A stretch of 64,000 nucleotides of DNA from Eledone cirrhosa (taxonomy: Eukaryota): NCBI GenBank assembly GCA_964016885.1, contig OZ024741.1:352098001-352162000 (forward strand), given 5' to 3'. The position numbers and the translations under genes are program-made. This document shows, in pieces, positions 25,583 to 38,871 of this stretch (the first letter of the stretch is position 1; every line of letters starts with the position of its first letter). A model generated the notes under the pieces. It searched no databases. It saw only the letters and a program-made list of their open reading frames with translations, and was not told where the DNA came from.

Positions 25583-27149
25583 AAAAAATAAATAAAATAA
25601 ACCCCCTCCCCTATCTCTTACTCTCTCTCGTTTATATATTTATATACACATTGGCTCAGTCTCAGTTACTCACTCTCTATATATATACAGATATAACTTA
25701 ATCATGTACTTCGGCTGCTTGGCACAATGCCTTGTTTAGTATTTTATGTCTTATAGTTAATCAGTTATATATCATGTCCATATAGAATTGTGTGTGTGTG
25801 TATATTTAAGTAAAGGGAACAAAACTACCTTTGTCTGGTGATGGTTTATAATCAGGAGTTGTGTGTGTGTCTTGCTTTTTAATCTCATCAGTTGTCCTTT
25901 TATAATTGTATGGATATATGTTGTTACCATGGTTTCAAAGTTAGATAAAATCTTTTATTGATTATTGACAACACAGGGATTTAGAGGAGTGTTTGTCATT
26001 TCAAACACTGTTGTTGTTTAACACTATTTATTAAAAGGTGAGTTCAGCAATAATGACCTGCAGATTGGAGGGAATTGAGGAGTTGGGGGCACCTGCACAT
26101 GGTGCCCTTGGTGATCCAATGATTTTGGATCTTTGGAGTTCTTTAATTATTCTTGGGGTTGCTGCGGAAATTCTGTTATTAATTCATAGTTATTTGTTTT
26201 TCTCTTGTTTTATGTAAATCCCCATTGTCCCTGTTTATTTGTATTGCCTTTAGCATTTACACTACTCTCTATATATTATAGTATGTTCATGGTAATGGCT
26301 TTATCTCTCATAATTATCTCACATAATATCGAATCTATGGGATTTTGATGTTATTTATTCTCAGAACAATACCTTAACATCAGTATGAGTGGCCAGTTTG
26401 AATAGAAAGCGGTGAGAGAATTTTGGCCGGATACAGCCAGTTTAAAGGGTTAATGCTTTGACCACAGTATGGTAAAAATTCACTTCACAACCATATGGCT
26501 TCAGATTTATTTAGTTTTACGGCATGACACCTTGAGCAAGTATTTTCTACTATGGTCTCCCACTGACCAATGCCTTGACAGTGAAATTTAGTAGATGGAA
26601 ACTGTACATACATACATACACAAATACACACACACACATGGGCATGTATTAAACACACTCTGAATAAAGCATGCAATACTGATTGTGGAGTTGAGATGCT
26701 ATATATTAGCTATGAAACCTCACTGATAATATTATCGTAAAATTCTGCAATAAGTATTGAGCCCTTTATTCTTTTACATGTTTAGCGTGTAATATATATT
26801 TCTAAAAGTTTGTCCATATCTCCTTACCCCTCTCATTTTTATGTAGCAGTTCTATGTCCTTCCACTGCTACCCTCACTCGCTTCATTTATAATTTGCTCT
26901 CTCCATCGCTCAAGTTCCTTACCAAAGCTGCTTTCTTTTCTTCATGTACCCTTTGTGTTATATTCTTTTTTATCGAACAATTTTATTCATATTTCTTTAC
27001 AAGTGAACAAAAAATATATACAATAATGACCCCCCCCCCTTTTTTTTTTAAAATAACATTTTTCAAACTTAGTCCCAGGTTAGCCTTGGGCAGTGATGAT
27101 TTTGTTGTGACAGCTATATAAAAAGGTGCAGAGCACTCAAAGTCAATGG

Positions 27150-27765
27150 ATGCCTTGGAGTGAGGAGACCCAAGAAGATTTGCGACAGGGTAATAAAAAC
27201 CTGATCTCGCCCAATTGCACCTCTTTAAAGTGATGACACAGGACCGAGATCTCTGGTATTATGCAGTGATACAGAAGACTTGAATTCACATGGGCACAGG
27301 CTGTAGCTGAAGCATATATATAGTATCCCCCCACACACACACTCCGATACATTTCCCATGAGGATAAGCTGAAGCTACATCCGGTGAAGCCTCCAGCCCA
27401 CACTGTAAAGTGGTCGTCTCGGTGACATGACAAAAAGCACCCAGCCCACACTGTAAAGTGGTCGTCTCGGTGACATGACAAAAAGCACCCAGCCCACACT
27501 GTAAAGTGGTCGTCTCGGTGACACGACAAAAAGCACCCAGACCACACTGTAAAGTGGTTGTCTTGGTGACACGCCAAAAAGCACTCAGTACTCACTGTAA
27601 ATGAGGTTGGTGCTAGGAAGAGCATCCAGCTGAAGAAACCAAGCCAAAATCGGTTCTGTATAAGCATGACATGCTCACCTGACCATGGCATTGCTCACAA
27701 CAGGATAACTCGCCCAACCCATGCCAGCATGGAGAAGTAGACGTTAAATGGTGATGATTATGATT
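27150..27765 (+). mobile_element. RTE subfamily B 3' fragment with five 48-bp tandem modules in the 3' UTR
   Basis: DLAQLHLFKVMTQDRDLWYYAVIQKT end. CACTGTAAA recurs at 27401, 27449, 27497, 27545 and 27594. Confidence 0.82.
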
Positions 27766-28070
27766 CATCATCATCATCATCATCATCATCGTTTAACATC
27801 CATCTTCCACGCTTGCATGGGTTTGGACGGGAGTTTTCCCACTTGAGGCAAGAGTGGTTATCTTGCTCGCATAGGATTGTCTGGCGGGTTTTCTACGGTT
27901 GGATGCCCTTCTTAACACCAACCACATTTACAGTGTGGACTGGGAGGTTTTTACCGTGTTACCTACACGGCCACATTACAGCATGGACTGTGTGTTTTTT
28001 TGTCGTGACACCTACACAACCGCATTTGTTTCGGACTGGATGTTGTGGCACCAACATAACTTTACATTGA
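27766..28070 (-). mobile_element. RTE subfamily A 3' UTR, tail-to-tail with the previous element
   Basis: Reverse complement of 14190-14488, with an (ATC)n tail at 27766-27790. Confidence 0.82.
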
Positions 28071-28123
28071 AATATATATATATAGTCATAATCATCACCG
28101 TTTAACATCTACTTTTCCATGCT

Positions 28124-28215
<92 letters not shown>

Positions 28216-28237
28216 TGTATATATATATATATGAATG

Positions 28238-28469
28238 TTGTTTTAAAGTACTGACAATGTCACTTACTTCTATTTTCAGTAAACAAGGGGAGATAAGCTG
28301 ACAGCTCTGTTTCGTACTTGGTACTTATCAAAGCTCACCACTCCTCCTGTTTGCTGAAAATTATGAATGTTGGATTCTTATAGAATCCCAGTAATAATCA
28401 GGAACTGATTATACAGAGCAGTTGCCGGTCCAGCAAAAATTGAAAATTAGAATTGGTGCTCTGAAATAG

Positions 28470-28520
<51 letters not shown>

Positions 28521-28911
28521 TGTCACTACTTTAAAACAATAGCGTAAGGTCTTCAAAATGCTTTTAATTAAGCATACAGTGTATTGCAAAATACACTATA
28601 TATACATTGATATATATATATATCGCTATTTCAGAGCACCAATTTTAATTTTCAATTTTTGCTGGACCGGCAACCGCTCTGTATAATCAGTTCCTGATTA
28701 TTACTGGAATTCTATAAGTACCAACAAGTACGAAACAGAGCTCTGTCAGCTTATCTCCCCTTGTTTGCTGAAAATAGAAGTAAGTGGTATTGTCACTACT
28801 TTAAAACAATAGTGTAAGGTCTTCAAAATGCTTTTAATTAAGCATACAGTGTATTGCAAAATAGACTATATATGCATTCATATATATATCGCTATTTCAG
28901 AGCACCAATTC

Positions 28912-28916
<5 letters not shown>
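28238..28916. mobile_element. Non-autonomous PLE/retrozyme-like element: inverted copy plus partial tandem of a ~270-bp unit
   Basis: 28238-28470 is the reverse complement of 28625-28809 (with an indel). 28520-28646 is directly repeated at 28790-28916. Contains hammerhead-like motifs. Confidence 0.75.
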
Positions 28917-28975
<59 letters not shown>

Positions 28976-29589
28976 TATTGAAATTTGAGTGATTGTTCTA
29001 GTTTTGTGAAAGTTAAATAATAACTTTCTCTCACCATATTTTATAAATCTGGTGAAAAGATTAAGTACCCCATTGTATCTAAACATGGTAAAATTTCAGT
29101 TGTTTTTGTTTTAATTATTTGTTTACACTTAAAAGCACTATGAGTGGTTTGGGGGAGAGAGGGGTGCAGTTTACCAGCTGCAAGTGAATGCAGTTTGAAT
29201 ACTTTTATGTTGAAAACCCTCATCATCTAAATAGAGGAAAGATTGTTAGAAATTTACTAAGAGTTTCTCCTGACTTGTTGCAGTGTTTAGTTACAGTTTA
29301 AGTGTTTTATATAGCTTGGCTGTCTAAAGTTATTATAGAATGTAACACAGCATAAATCTCAGAGATTATTGGTTGACTCTTTCCTGTTTTAAGGAACTTA
29401 GTGCTCACAATTCAAGATATGTGTTAATATATATATTTTAGAAATACGAAATTCCAATAAATCCTAATTGTATTCTATTATAAGTTGAGCCAACTTAATA
29501 CAGCTTTATATGCAAATGAGATTAATTGTATCATTTACACAGATGAGAAAACTATATATTCTCGCCTGTTTTCAAGTCGAGCGAGAGGT

Positions 29590-29633
29590 ATCCTCCTGAT
29601 GAGAACCAGTTCAGTTTGAAATGCATCGACGAT
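29590..29633 (+). ncRNA. Minimal type-I hammerhead ribozyme
   Basis: ATCCTC-CTGATGA-GAAC(cagttca)GTTT-GAAA-TGCA-TC-GACGAT: intact core, palindromic stem III ATGCAT, AUC cleavage triplet, one stem I mismatch. Confidence 0.75.
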
Positions 29634-29999
29634 TGTCCCCCTTGCTTCTGCTAGACACCGCCAGGTGGCGATAGCTTCCTGTGTTTTTTGCATAGTTACA
29701 GCTTTCTAAATGTTTATTTATAAACACCGTATTTCTTTAGAAATATGAAATTCCAATACATATCTGTATACAGCTATACTTGAAACTAAATCTTAATTTT
29801 CTCTCTCTCTTTCTTTCTCTCTTTTTCTCTATCTCTCTCTCTCTTTCTCTCTCTCTCTCATCATTTTCATTGTTTAACGTCCATCTTCCATGCTACCATG
29901 GGTTATATATATATATATATTTGATAACCAGCTCGTTATGAGGTGACTAAAATTGTTAGTGCCAGTAAGTGAATGAGAAAGTTGGTGCAAAGCAATAAT

Positions 30000-30178
30000 T
30001 ATTTCTACTTTTGGCACAAGGCTAGCAATTTCCCCAGTGCATTACTGGTACTTTTTTTTTTATCGACCCCGTAAGGATGAAAGGCAAAGTTAACCTTGGT
30101 GGGATTTGAACTTAGAACATAAAGGGCAATAACTTTATGCTGCAAAGCATGGTGTCTGACTCTCTACTGATACTGCCA
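30000..30178 (-). mobile_element. SINE family 1 copy
   Basis: Similar to 6344-6518. Confidence 0.85.
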
Positions 30179-32219
30179 AAAGATAAATTACATTTGTAAA
30201 ATAAACCATAGAAATTGTCAATATGGCAGTGAATGACAAAATATTCCTTTGTATTTGATTAACTTCCTTGGAATTTCTGAGTTTGAATCCAGCCCAGGTT
30301 GATTTAGCTTTCTTTCCTAGATTAAAAAGGAAGAAAAATGATATCAAACTCCCTGAAAAATCACTGGTTTTACAATAAAAAGTTGCCAGTTTTAAAATGT
30401 ACATATTTATCTAAGAACCTTCAAATTATTTTCCAAACACCAGCTTAATAATGAGAAATTTATTTAACTGTCTTCAAATTGATTATTTTTAAAACATTAG
30501 ATATCTTTTAGAAAACTCTGCTGTATACATGTGCATCATAGCACACTACTTGAGAGCCCCCCCCCCCCCCCCCCCCATATTTATACAGTGTTTAGTAGGG
30601 AAGGAAATAGCAACAATGCCTGGGACCCATTTCAAGATGTCTGCTACATTCTTTACCAATCTCACTCCAAAAGATAAACAGCAATGTTAATCTCAGTGGG
30701 ATTTGAACTCAGTGTGCAGTGAGCCAATACAAATACTGTAAAGCATTGTATTAACTGCTCGTACCACTCTGCCAATGTTGGTAATTCTAAACTGAATTGA
30801 TCTCACAAATAGAAATAGATTTCACATTTTTTCTTCTATTACAAGTTGTTTTTGGCTATAACATTTAAATGTATCTGGATTGTATTTTCTACTTGTTCAT
30901 TCCTGGCTTTGGTGCTTTTTATTCAGTAATTTATTTGAAGAATTTAAGAATGCTATTTCTTTAATTCATTCTTAGGATTTCTCTGAATGTTTGCGGAAAT
31001 AGCTTTGGAAATATTTTTCTTTTTTTTCTTTTCCTCTTTCCATTTTAAACTTCAATAATATTATCCAAAACAAATGAAATTAGAAGAAAAATAAGTAAAT
31101 ATAAATAAATACATAAAATTTGAAATTTAATTAAATTTTCATCACAATTTTTGTTAACTATTTCAAAAACCTTTAACCCGCATTGTATTTCAATTTCTGG
31201 AAAGATGAATGCAAATTTTGTAGGGTATTTATTTTATTGTTTTATATAAGAAGAATTAAATAATTCTTGTAGAATATTTATTTTATTGTATGTTGTTTTA
31301 TATAAGAAGAATTAAATATTAAGAATGTTGTTCTTTGAATATTTTGAAAGATGTTTAGAAAAGCTGGCAGAGGAGGTATCCCCACCACCACTAATTTTTG
31401 TTTAGAATAGGAAAATTGGTTTTGCTAATTACCTAATCTCTGATAAATTATTATTGTTGTTGTTTCTCTTTCTGTTTCCGTAAATCTCTTCAAAATGTTA
31501 ATAATGGCAGTCACTGTGGAATCTTCTTAAAGACTAAAGAAATGCCACAAATGCCATTTTGTTGCTGCTATTCTTTTGAAGAATTCCGCAATTGTTTGTT
31601 TGTTGGTTAGCCAGTTGGTTTGGTTGGTTGGTTTGTTGGTTGATAGCTGGCATCATTTCTTGATAAAACTAAAGGTAGCAAATTGCTTTCTAATTAACCA
31701 AGTTTGAAAAATTGTTTGTTAATAGAACAGAATGAAATTTGATCATTCCATATATTGATTAATTATAATATTTTTATTTTTGTATTTTTTCTCGTTAATA
31801 TATTTTAGCTCATTGATGTTATTAATGAAGTTGATTTCAAACTAACTTCCATCATTTGAGAGCATACAAAATTCTCTCTCACCCTCACTAACGATAAATC
31901 TATATTACAATAACTAATACAGCCTCTTTATCCAACTGTCACACCAGTCAAAAACATTCTAGAAGTTTCTTCATTGAAAACTTCTCAATTCCTAATAACT
32001 CTTAATATCCTGTAATGATTTAGCAGAAAATATCTAACAATAAAAAGATTGTGAAAAATTGAAGTATTAGTGTAAAGACAATTTTTCAGTGATACATCCA
32101 TAATGCTGTTTTATACTTTTCAAGAATGTCTTGCTCATGTGGTTTCATGTGGTACAGGACATTAAGAGTTAAGGTTAATATATTTGGAATATATGAAGAC
32201 AAGCTTTTATTTATTTTTA

Positions 32220-32500
32220 TTTTTGACAAACTACTCTGAATTAAGAGATCACAGTTCTGATACTATGGGCATGTGGTTAGAATGTCACAGGAAAGAATTG
32301 CTGGACATTTCCTGCAAAAAACTGGTAGGAGATCCAGGGGAAGATCCTGAGCAAGATGGTTGGATAACATCCATGAGCTTGGCTGGTCTTGCTTGGGGAT
32401 CCAGATGGATCAGTTGGAGATGGTTGCTTCTGACAGGACCTGCTGGAAGGAGTGTCTGAGGACTCTGCCCCCACAACCCTCTCAGAGATAAGTGGGCAAA
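32220..32500 (+). mobile_element. Decayed RTE/Expander-like LINE 3' end
   Basis: YYGHVVRM...RSRGRS*ARWLDNIHELGWSCLGI...DRTCWKECLRTLPPQP. Confidence 0.7.
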
Positions 32501-33194
32501 GAATAAGACAAATAACCAGGTCTACTGTGCATTTCAAAAAGTATCACAACTGTATACTGCCAGTCTTGTACTTATTGGCCATAGATTATTTAATGGCAGA
32601 TAACTATATTGATATCTTTTTCTGATTCTTCTTTAGGATTTAACAGTCCATTGCCAGATGTTTTCCTTGTCAAGCTCTTTCTAGATTGTCGTTCTTGTTC
32701 AAACTGATCTTCATAAGCATGTATTTTTCAACATCATTCCTCCATCTTCTCTTTTGTCTGTGCTTCCTGTTGTCCTATTGCTTTCTTTTCTGCTCATCTC
32801 CATTTGGTTTTTATGTCCTCAAGTATATATCTCTAACCTCTTCTCTCCTCCTCTTATCATTTCATGCCTAATTCTAGCTTTTTGTTAGTGAGTTGAATTT
32901 GTGATCATATGGTCTTGTTTTCAATTTCTGTATCAGGCAGATACTTTCTTTCATGTTGCTTTTCTTGGTAGTACTGTGGTCTCAATCTTTCAAACACCCC
33001 AAAAACATTAGATGCTACATCACTGGAAGCCAGCCAAATCTGTATAAGTGTACGCTGTAAAATATAGTTGTGTGTGTGTGTGTCTATTTGTGTTTATTTA
33101 TGTATGAGTATATATGTATTTCTCTGTGTGTATATGTGTTTATATGTATCTCTCTGTGTATATGTGTGTGTATATATATTCATTATTAGCATAA

Positions 33195-33635
33195 TGGCAG
33201 TATCGGTAGAGGGTCGGAATCAATGCTTTGCAGCATAGAGTTACGGCTCTTTATGATCTGAGTTCAAATCCCGCCGAGGTTAACTTTGCCTTTCATCCTT
33301 ACTGGGTTGATAAAATAAAGTACCAATCACGCACTGGGGTCGATTTAATCGACTTTCCCCTCCCCCAAAATTGTTGGCCTTGTGCCATAATAAGAAACCA
33401 TTATCAGCATAATGGTGGATAGGCAGTATTGATTGTGCGTCAGACACCATGCTTCACAGCATAGAGTTAATTCCCTTTACATTCTGATTTCAAATCCTAC
33501 TGAGGTTAGCTTTACCTTTCATTCTTATGGAGTCCGGTAAAACAAAATGCCAGTAACACCACACTGGCATCAGTTTAATCGACTTTTCTATCTCCCAAAA
33601 TTGTTGGCCTTGTGCCTAAATCAGAAACCATTATT
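33195..33635 (+). mobile_element. Two tandem SINE family 1 copies
   Basis: GGCAGTATCGGTAGAGGG...AGAAACCATTAT occurs twice (33195-33403 and 33415-33635). Confidence 0.85.
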
Positions 33636-33769
33636 AGCATAGAGTAAAAGTTTAAGCACACAATTTTGTCTTTCACCCTTATGTAAGTGGAGAAAATAGA
33701 AAAGTTATTTAGTAAGTATAGAAGACAATGTCAAGGTGGTTGAAGATCAGGAAAATTCATTAAGCGTTT

Positions 33770-33955
33770 CTACTTAACAAGGAGTCTGCCTCTGAGATGT
33801 AGACATCCTCCAAAAATGTCATTCTTAGACTTATTGTTATTTGCAGAGGACAAATCTTGTAAGATCTGGAATTTTTCACTGATGCACTGACAACATCTCT
33901 TGGTACCATTGGTATGAGGTCTGGATTTTTCAAGTACCTTCCAAGTAATCATATG
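33770..33955 (-). pseudogene. C-terminal fragment of a second Penelope-like GIY-YIG endonuclease
   Basis: ITWKVLEKSRPHTNGTKRCCQCISEKFQIL...KNDIFGGCLH resembles the IxWxILxKxxPY...KRCxLCxxEK...CRH tail of PLE endonucleases. Confidence 0.7.
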
Positions 33956-33975
33956 TGAGACACCTCATTCATTTA

Positions 33976-36870
33976 ATTGCGAGACTCTTTTTGCTGTTTT
34001 CCCTGTTTGTATGGGTTGGACGAGTTCTCTCCACTCATGTTCTTTTGTCATCTCCTCTGTGAGTCTAAGCTATTTGAGATCAGCTTTGTCCAGGTCTTCC
34101 TGGTCTACCTCTACTGCAGCTTCCTTCCACTGAGATTTCCTGGCACTATTCACCCAGTGATCATCATCCATGCACATCATGTACCTGTACCAATGCAGTC
34201 GTCTCTCTTGCGTACCACGTTGGATTCCTCTGAAACCCAGTTTCTTCCTCAATTCATCCAAGCTCTGCCTTTCTCTCTCATTTACATTGAACATCCATCA
34301 AAACATAGCTGCTTTATTTCTCTCCAGCCTACACATGTCCTCTGCTGCTACTGTGTATGTTTCTATACCATGCAGCATCGCAGTTCGCACACAGCAGTCT
34401 TTTGTTGACAACAGTAGGAGTTGCCCTCCAAAATTCTTTCATTGTATCCCTATTCTAGCTATTATGTTCTCAGAGCACCTTCCTCCACTGCAAATTAGGT
34501 CATCTAGATAACAGAAGCTATCAACCACTTTTATTGATCCTTCCTGTGATTAAAAAAGCCTTCTATAAAGCCTTTTTATGACTGATGCTATTCCCCTTGA
34601 TCACCCCTTTTGCGTCTTTTACATACAAAGTCTTCCTTTTCTGCTAGCCTACCTGATATTCCACACTGCACCTTTTGTATATCCAAGATTAACAATATAT
34701 CGTGTAAAGTTTATGCCTACTCCTTTTCTGCCTATTGAACATGATCATTTCCCTGAAGGAATCAGGGTCTTATCTTCACTACTTAAGAGCACTTTAGTCT
34801 TGACTAAGTTAACTTTCAGACCCTTTGATTCCAAATTCTGTTTCCATTGTCAGAACTTATTCTAGCTCTTTTATGGATTCAGCTATAAGGACCAGATCAT
34901 TTGCATAGAGAAGTTCCCATGGAGAGCCAGTTTTAAACTCCTCTGTTATGGCCTGGAGAACTATGGTAAATAACAGTAGACTAAGAACCGAACCCCAATG
35001 TTCTCCTACTTGTACCTTGAATGCCTCACTAAAATCACTTCCTACCCTCACTTTACTGACAGCTCCTGTACATGGCTTACACTGCTCATATGAGGCATTC
35101 TTCTATACCTAATTTCCTTAAGGACCACCAGATAATATAGTGGCTTATTCTTGGCTTAGACCTCTTGTAGTTACCTTACTAAAAAGAGGGCATTTGTAGT
35201 ATTTTTCTCAAGCACAAAACCAAACTGCATCTTGTCTCACTTTACTCTTTCCCTAATTATCTGTGCTAGAACTCTTTCCATCATTTTTATAACTTGGTTC
35301 TTTAGTTTTATTCCTTTATAGTTGCTCCTTTCCAGAGCATCACCTTTGTCCTTGTAGCAACTTATGATGGTACTGGTGTGCCACTTATTGGGTATGACTA
35401 CGTCCTGTATTCCCTGATTGACTATGCAAATTATTAGTTTTACTCCTACTTCTCCCAATGCTTTTAGCATTTCAGCAATTTTCTCTGCTGTCATGCAGGT
35501 TTACTGTTCTTCATCTCCTTAATTGCTTCTTTGACCATATAACTATCAACTGCAATAGCTGGTTTTTATATTGGGTAAATTGTAGGTAGTCTCTTTTCCT
35601 CCCATTCATCTCTGCATTCATCTGTCTCTCATAGTAACATTTCAGGCCTCTTTTTTTTTCATCAGTGGTGCAAAGTGTACCAGTGTCATTTCTAACACTT
35701 TTCTCCAACTAGATCCAGATTCATCCTGACACTCTGCCTTGCAATGTGGAACACTTCATATTTCTGGTCTTCAGGTTGCAATGAGCAAACTTGCTTTTTC
35801 AGCCTCTCTCTGACCTACGTAAACCTGTCTTCAAGCTTTTTTCTTAGCTTCCTGTTACCTGTCTCTGCTACCCCCATTTTTCCAGTCTTTCCCTGTCTGT
35901 CTCTTGGTTTTAATGGTTCTGTTCCCTCTACTGTTCCACCACCAGATCACCCTCTGTTTGACTGGCTCTTGACTCCAACTATGTCTTATCATTTACAAAA
36001 GATTGTCACGCAAGAATTTTCAGTTGTCCTCTGTTATATGTTTCTAGCTTGTCACCCCTCTTATCAACTGCATTCCATAGGGCCTTTCTAAGCCTATATT
36101 TAACCGAAAGACCCTTTAGCTTCCAAACCCTCCACCTCTATATTTTCCTGCATATCTTGTTCTGTCTTGTGTTTAATTTAATCCCACTAATAACTAACTT
36201 GTGTTGGATGGCACATTCTTCACCAAGAAAAGCCTTAGTATTTATTACAGTCATTCTATTCCATTGTCTTAGAAGTAAGAAATCAACCTGGCTTGTATAA
36301 TTAGGTGGCTAGCTGGTTTCCTGGAATTTGTGTTGCAAATGGTTAGTTCATTTGCATCACAGAATTCCACAAACCTCACTCCCTCTTGAGCCATAACCAT
36401 AGCCGCCTTGGACTCCTGTGAATTCATTCTGATACGTTCTGACATGTCCATTGAGATCACCTGCCAAGATTATGAGGCCTATTTCATCAATAGTTGAGGT
36501 CAGTAAACGTTCCGCATAGAACGTGTTCTTTTGTTCTTTACCCATCCTGCCTGTGGTGCATAGGTACATGTAATTGTCTCCCTATTCTATTTCCTACAGC
36601 TATTCTAAGCTTGATAATTTTGTTTTACTCTAACTTCCTCTATCAGCTTATCTATCCATTTCTCAGCAAGCAGAATGTTTACACCACCTACCCCATTGTC
36701 ATTTTTTGCCCAGTAAAGTTTGCATTTATACTGTTTGTCTGTGAATAGTCTTGTTGAGGCACCCCTCCATCTCACTTCTTGTACACAGCATACAGCTATT
36801 TCTCTAAGAGCTCCACAATTTCACCTGATTTACTTTTCAGTGTGCCAACATTGAGGTTGATACTGTCTTA
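33976..36870 (-). mobile_element. Old, heavily mutated full-length RTE/BovB-like LINE (APE+RT)
   Basis: Colinear fragments LNVGTL, LAGDLNGHV, NELTICNT, KDKGDALERSNYKGIKL, GSVLSLLLF, WELLYANDL, QERRLHWY, with many stops and frameshifts. Confidence 0.88.
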
Positions 36871-37087
36871 TGTAATCAGTAACATAATCCATGATACAAT
36901 ATATATATATAAACTGCATTAGGAGAAAATTAGTGACAGAAATATATGAATATTTATTTAAACGATTGCTAACCGGAAGTGTTATTTGAAAATAAGTAAT
37001 AAAATAATATTTAATGAACAGCCACGAAATTTAGTAGATAAATTATGTAATATTCATTCATTATTTATTCAAAGTATTTATTCAAAG

Positions 37088-37197
37088 TCAACCCGCCGAG
37101 GTTGACTTTGCCTTTCATCCTTGCGGGGTCGATAAAATAAAGTACCAGTAATGCACTGGGTAATTGCTGGCCTTGTGCCAAAGGTAGAAACAATTAT
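37088..37197 (+). mobile_element. 5'-truncated SINE family 1 with target-site duplication
   Basis: Flanked by TATTTATTCAAAGT on both sides. Confidence 0.8.
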
Positions 37198-37289
37198 TTA
37201 TTCAAAGTAATCCAATTTATTTTACTAAGGGGATAAAACATTATAAACCGTATGCAGTCCGCGCTGCTTACTTTATTTTAGTTTAGATT

Positions 37290-37765
37290 AATGAGTGTTT
37301 GAGTATGATCCAGAGACAAAACAGCAAAGTGTGGAGTGGTACACAAAGAATTCTCCTCTTCTGAAGAAAGCATGCACGAGCAGATCCAGGGGAAAATGAT
37401 AATTTTTTTTGACAGCCGTGGTATTTATTGTTCAGAAAACATTTTTACCTCTAGGACAGACAATTAATCACACCTACAAAGATATCTTGGAAACACATCG
37501 AAAATGGGCCCAGCAAACCTGAGTTAACTCCATGTGACTTCTCTAAGTTGAAATCGTAGTTGAAGGGTCATCACTTAAGGAATGTGGAAAAAAATACAAA
37601 AAGATCTCTTCCGGTACTGCTACGATCAATGGGAAAAAAAAAGCCTAAACTACTGTGTGACTTCCCAACGGTATATTTTGAAGGAGCTAACTTGTAATTT
37701 CATGTACGTTTCATATATATTTAAATAAAACATTCAGTGCTCTTACTTTTGGGGCAAACTGCATG
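37290..37765 (+). mobile_element. Decayed mariner transposase remnant
   Basis: VFEYDPETKQQSVEW...SPLLKKACTSRS...FFDSRG...PLGQTIN, typical of the mariner catalytic region. TIR-like end CTTACTTTTGGGGCAAAC. Confidence 0.75.
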
Positions 37766-38001
37766 TGTGTGTGTGTATATATATATATAGACACACACAC
37801 ATAGATATATGTTTATATAGACAAAGAGCCATATATCTTCTGTAGAATATGTATTTGGTATATATGATATATGGCTCTTTTTCTTTCTATATAAACATAT
37901 ATCTTTTAATTTGGTTTATTATGGCTCTAGGTAAAATCTATTGAGCTAACTTACTGAGAAACACAAGATTCTAAACATATTTGATATGTTTTGATTCATC
38001 A

Positions 38002-38047
<46 letters not shown>

Positions 38048-38871
38048 TATCTGTATTTATATCTGCATGTATGTGTGTATGTATATGCATACATATTTCT
38101 ATCACCTTTCTACATGACATTACTTGAACATCTTGCTTTCCAGTGATAAAGGTAATCTTTTGTTCATAGTGTGACATTTTAAAAACGTTTTTCTCATGTT
38201 TTTAAAATATAACTTTTCTAAAGCATCATTTTCTCATTATTCTATTTATAATTAATCTAACCAAAATAAAGTAAATATATAAATAAAATAATAATAAATG
38301 AATAAATAAAATTAGATAAAAACTTTGAACTTCAAACATTTTTTATTTCATTATATATGAACAGTAAAAAAAAAAATATATTTTCAAATAAAATAAAGTT
38401 TAAACAGGAAACAATCTGGGTGTCAATTATGTTCTGATAGATCGAAATTATAATTGTTATTTTAGTGAAAGTTTTATCAAATTCCAAATGTCACAATTGA
38501 AAAAATGATGGTAAAAAATAATAAATTATATATAGTAAATGTGTATGTCACAGTGGTTAGTGTTGGTCATAGGGTTATTTCCCAGGCTGCTATGTTCTTC
38601 AGCAAGGTACTTCATTTCACATTGCTTTTCATGATAGACCTGGAGACCCTATCATTAAAATACTCAATAAATTTGCTATGAGATACAACCTGCATAGGTA
38701 TGAGCTATAAATTTCATTTTAGTAGTTCACTCTAATCAATTTATATGTGTGTTAAGTGATATTCAAAATACCAATGAGAAAGTTATATTAAATTTATGAT
38801 TGTTTTCAAAATGATTTGAAAGTCATATGTTTATAAGAAATATAGTAAAAAGGTTACATGGAAATCCTATA

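Noticed and set aside
30557-30576. Poly-C/G runs (also at 42977, 45471, 48408, 50294) as G-quadruplex elements
   Set aside because: Simple homopolymers with unreliable lengths and no other evidence of function.
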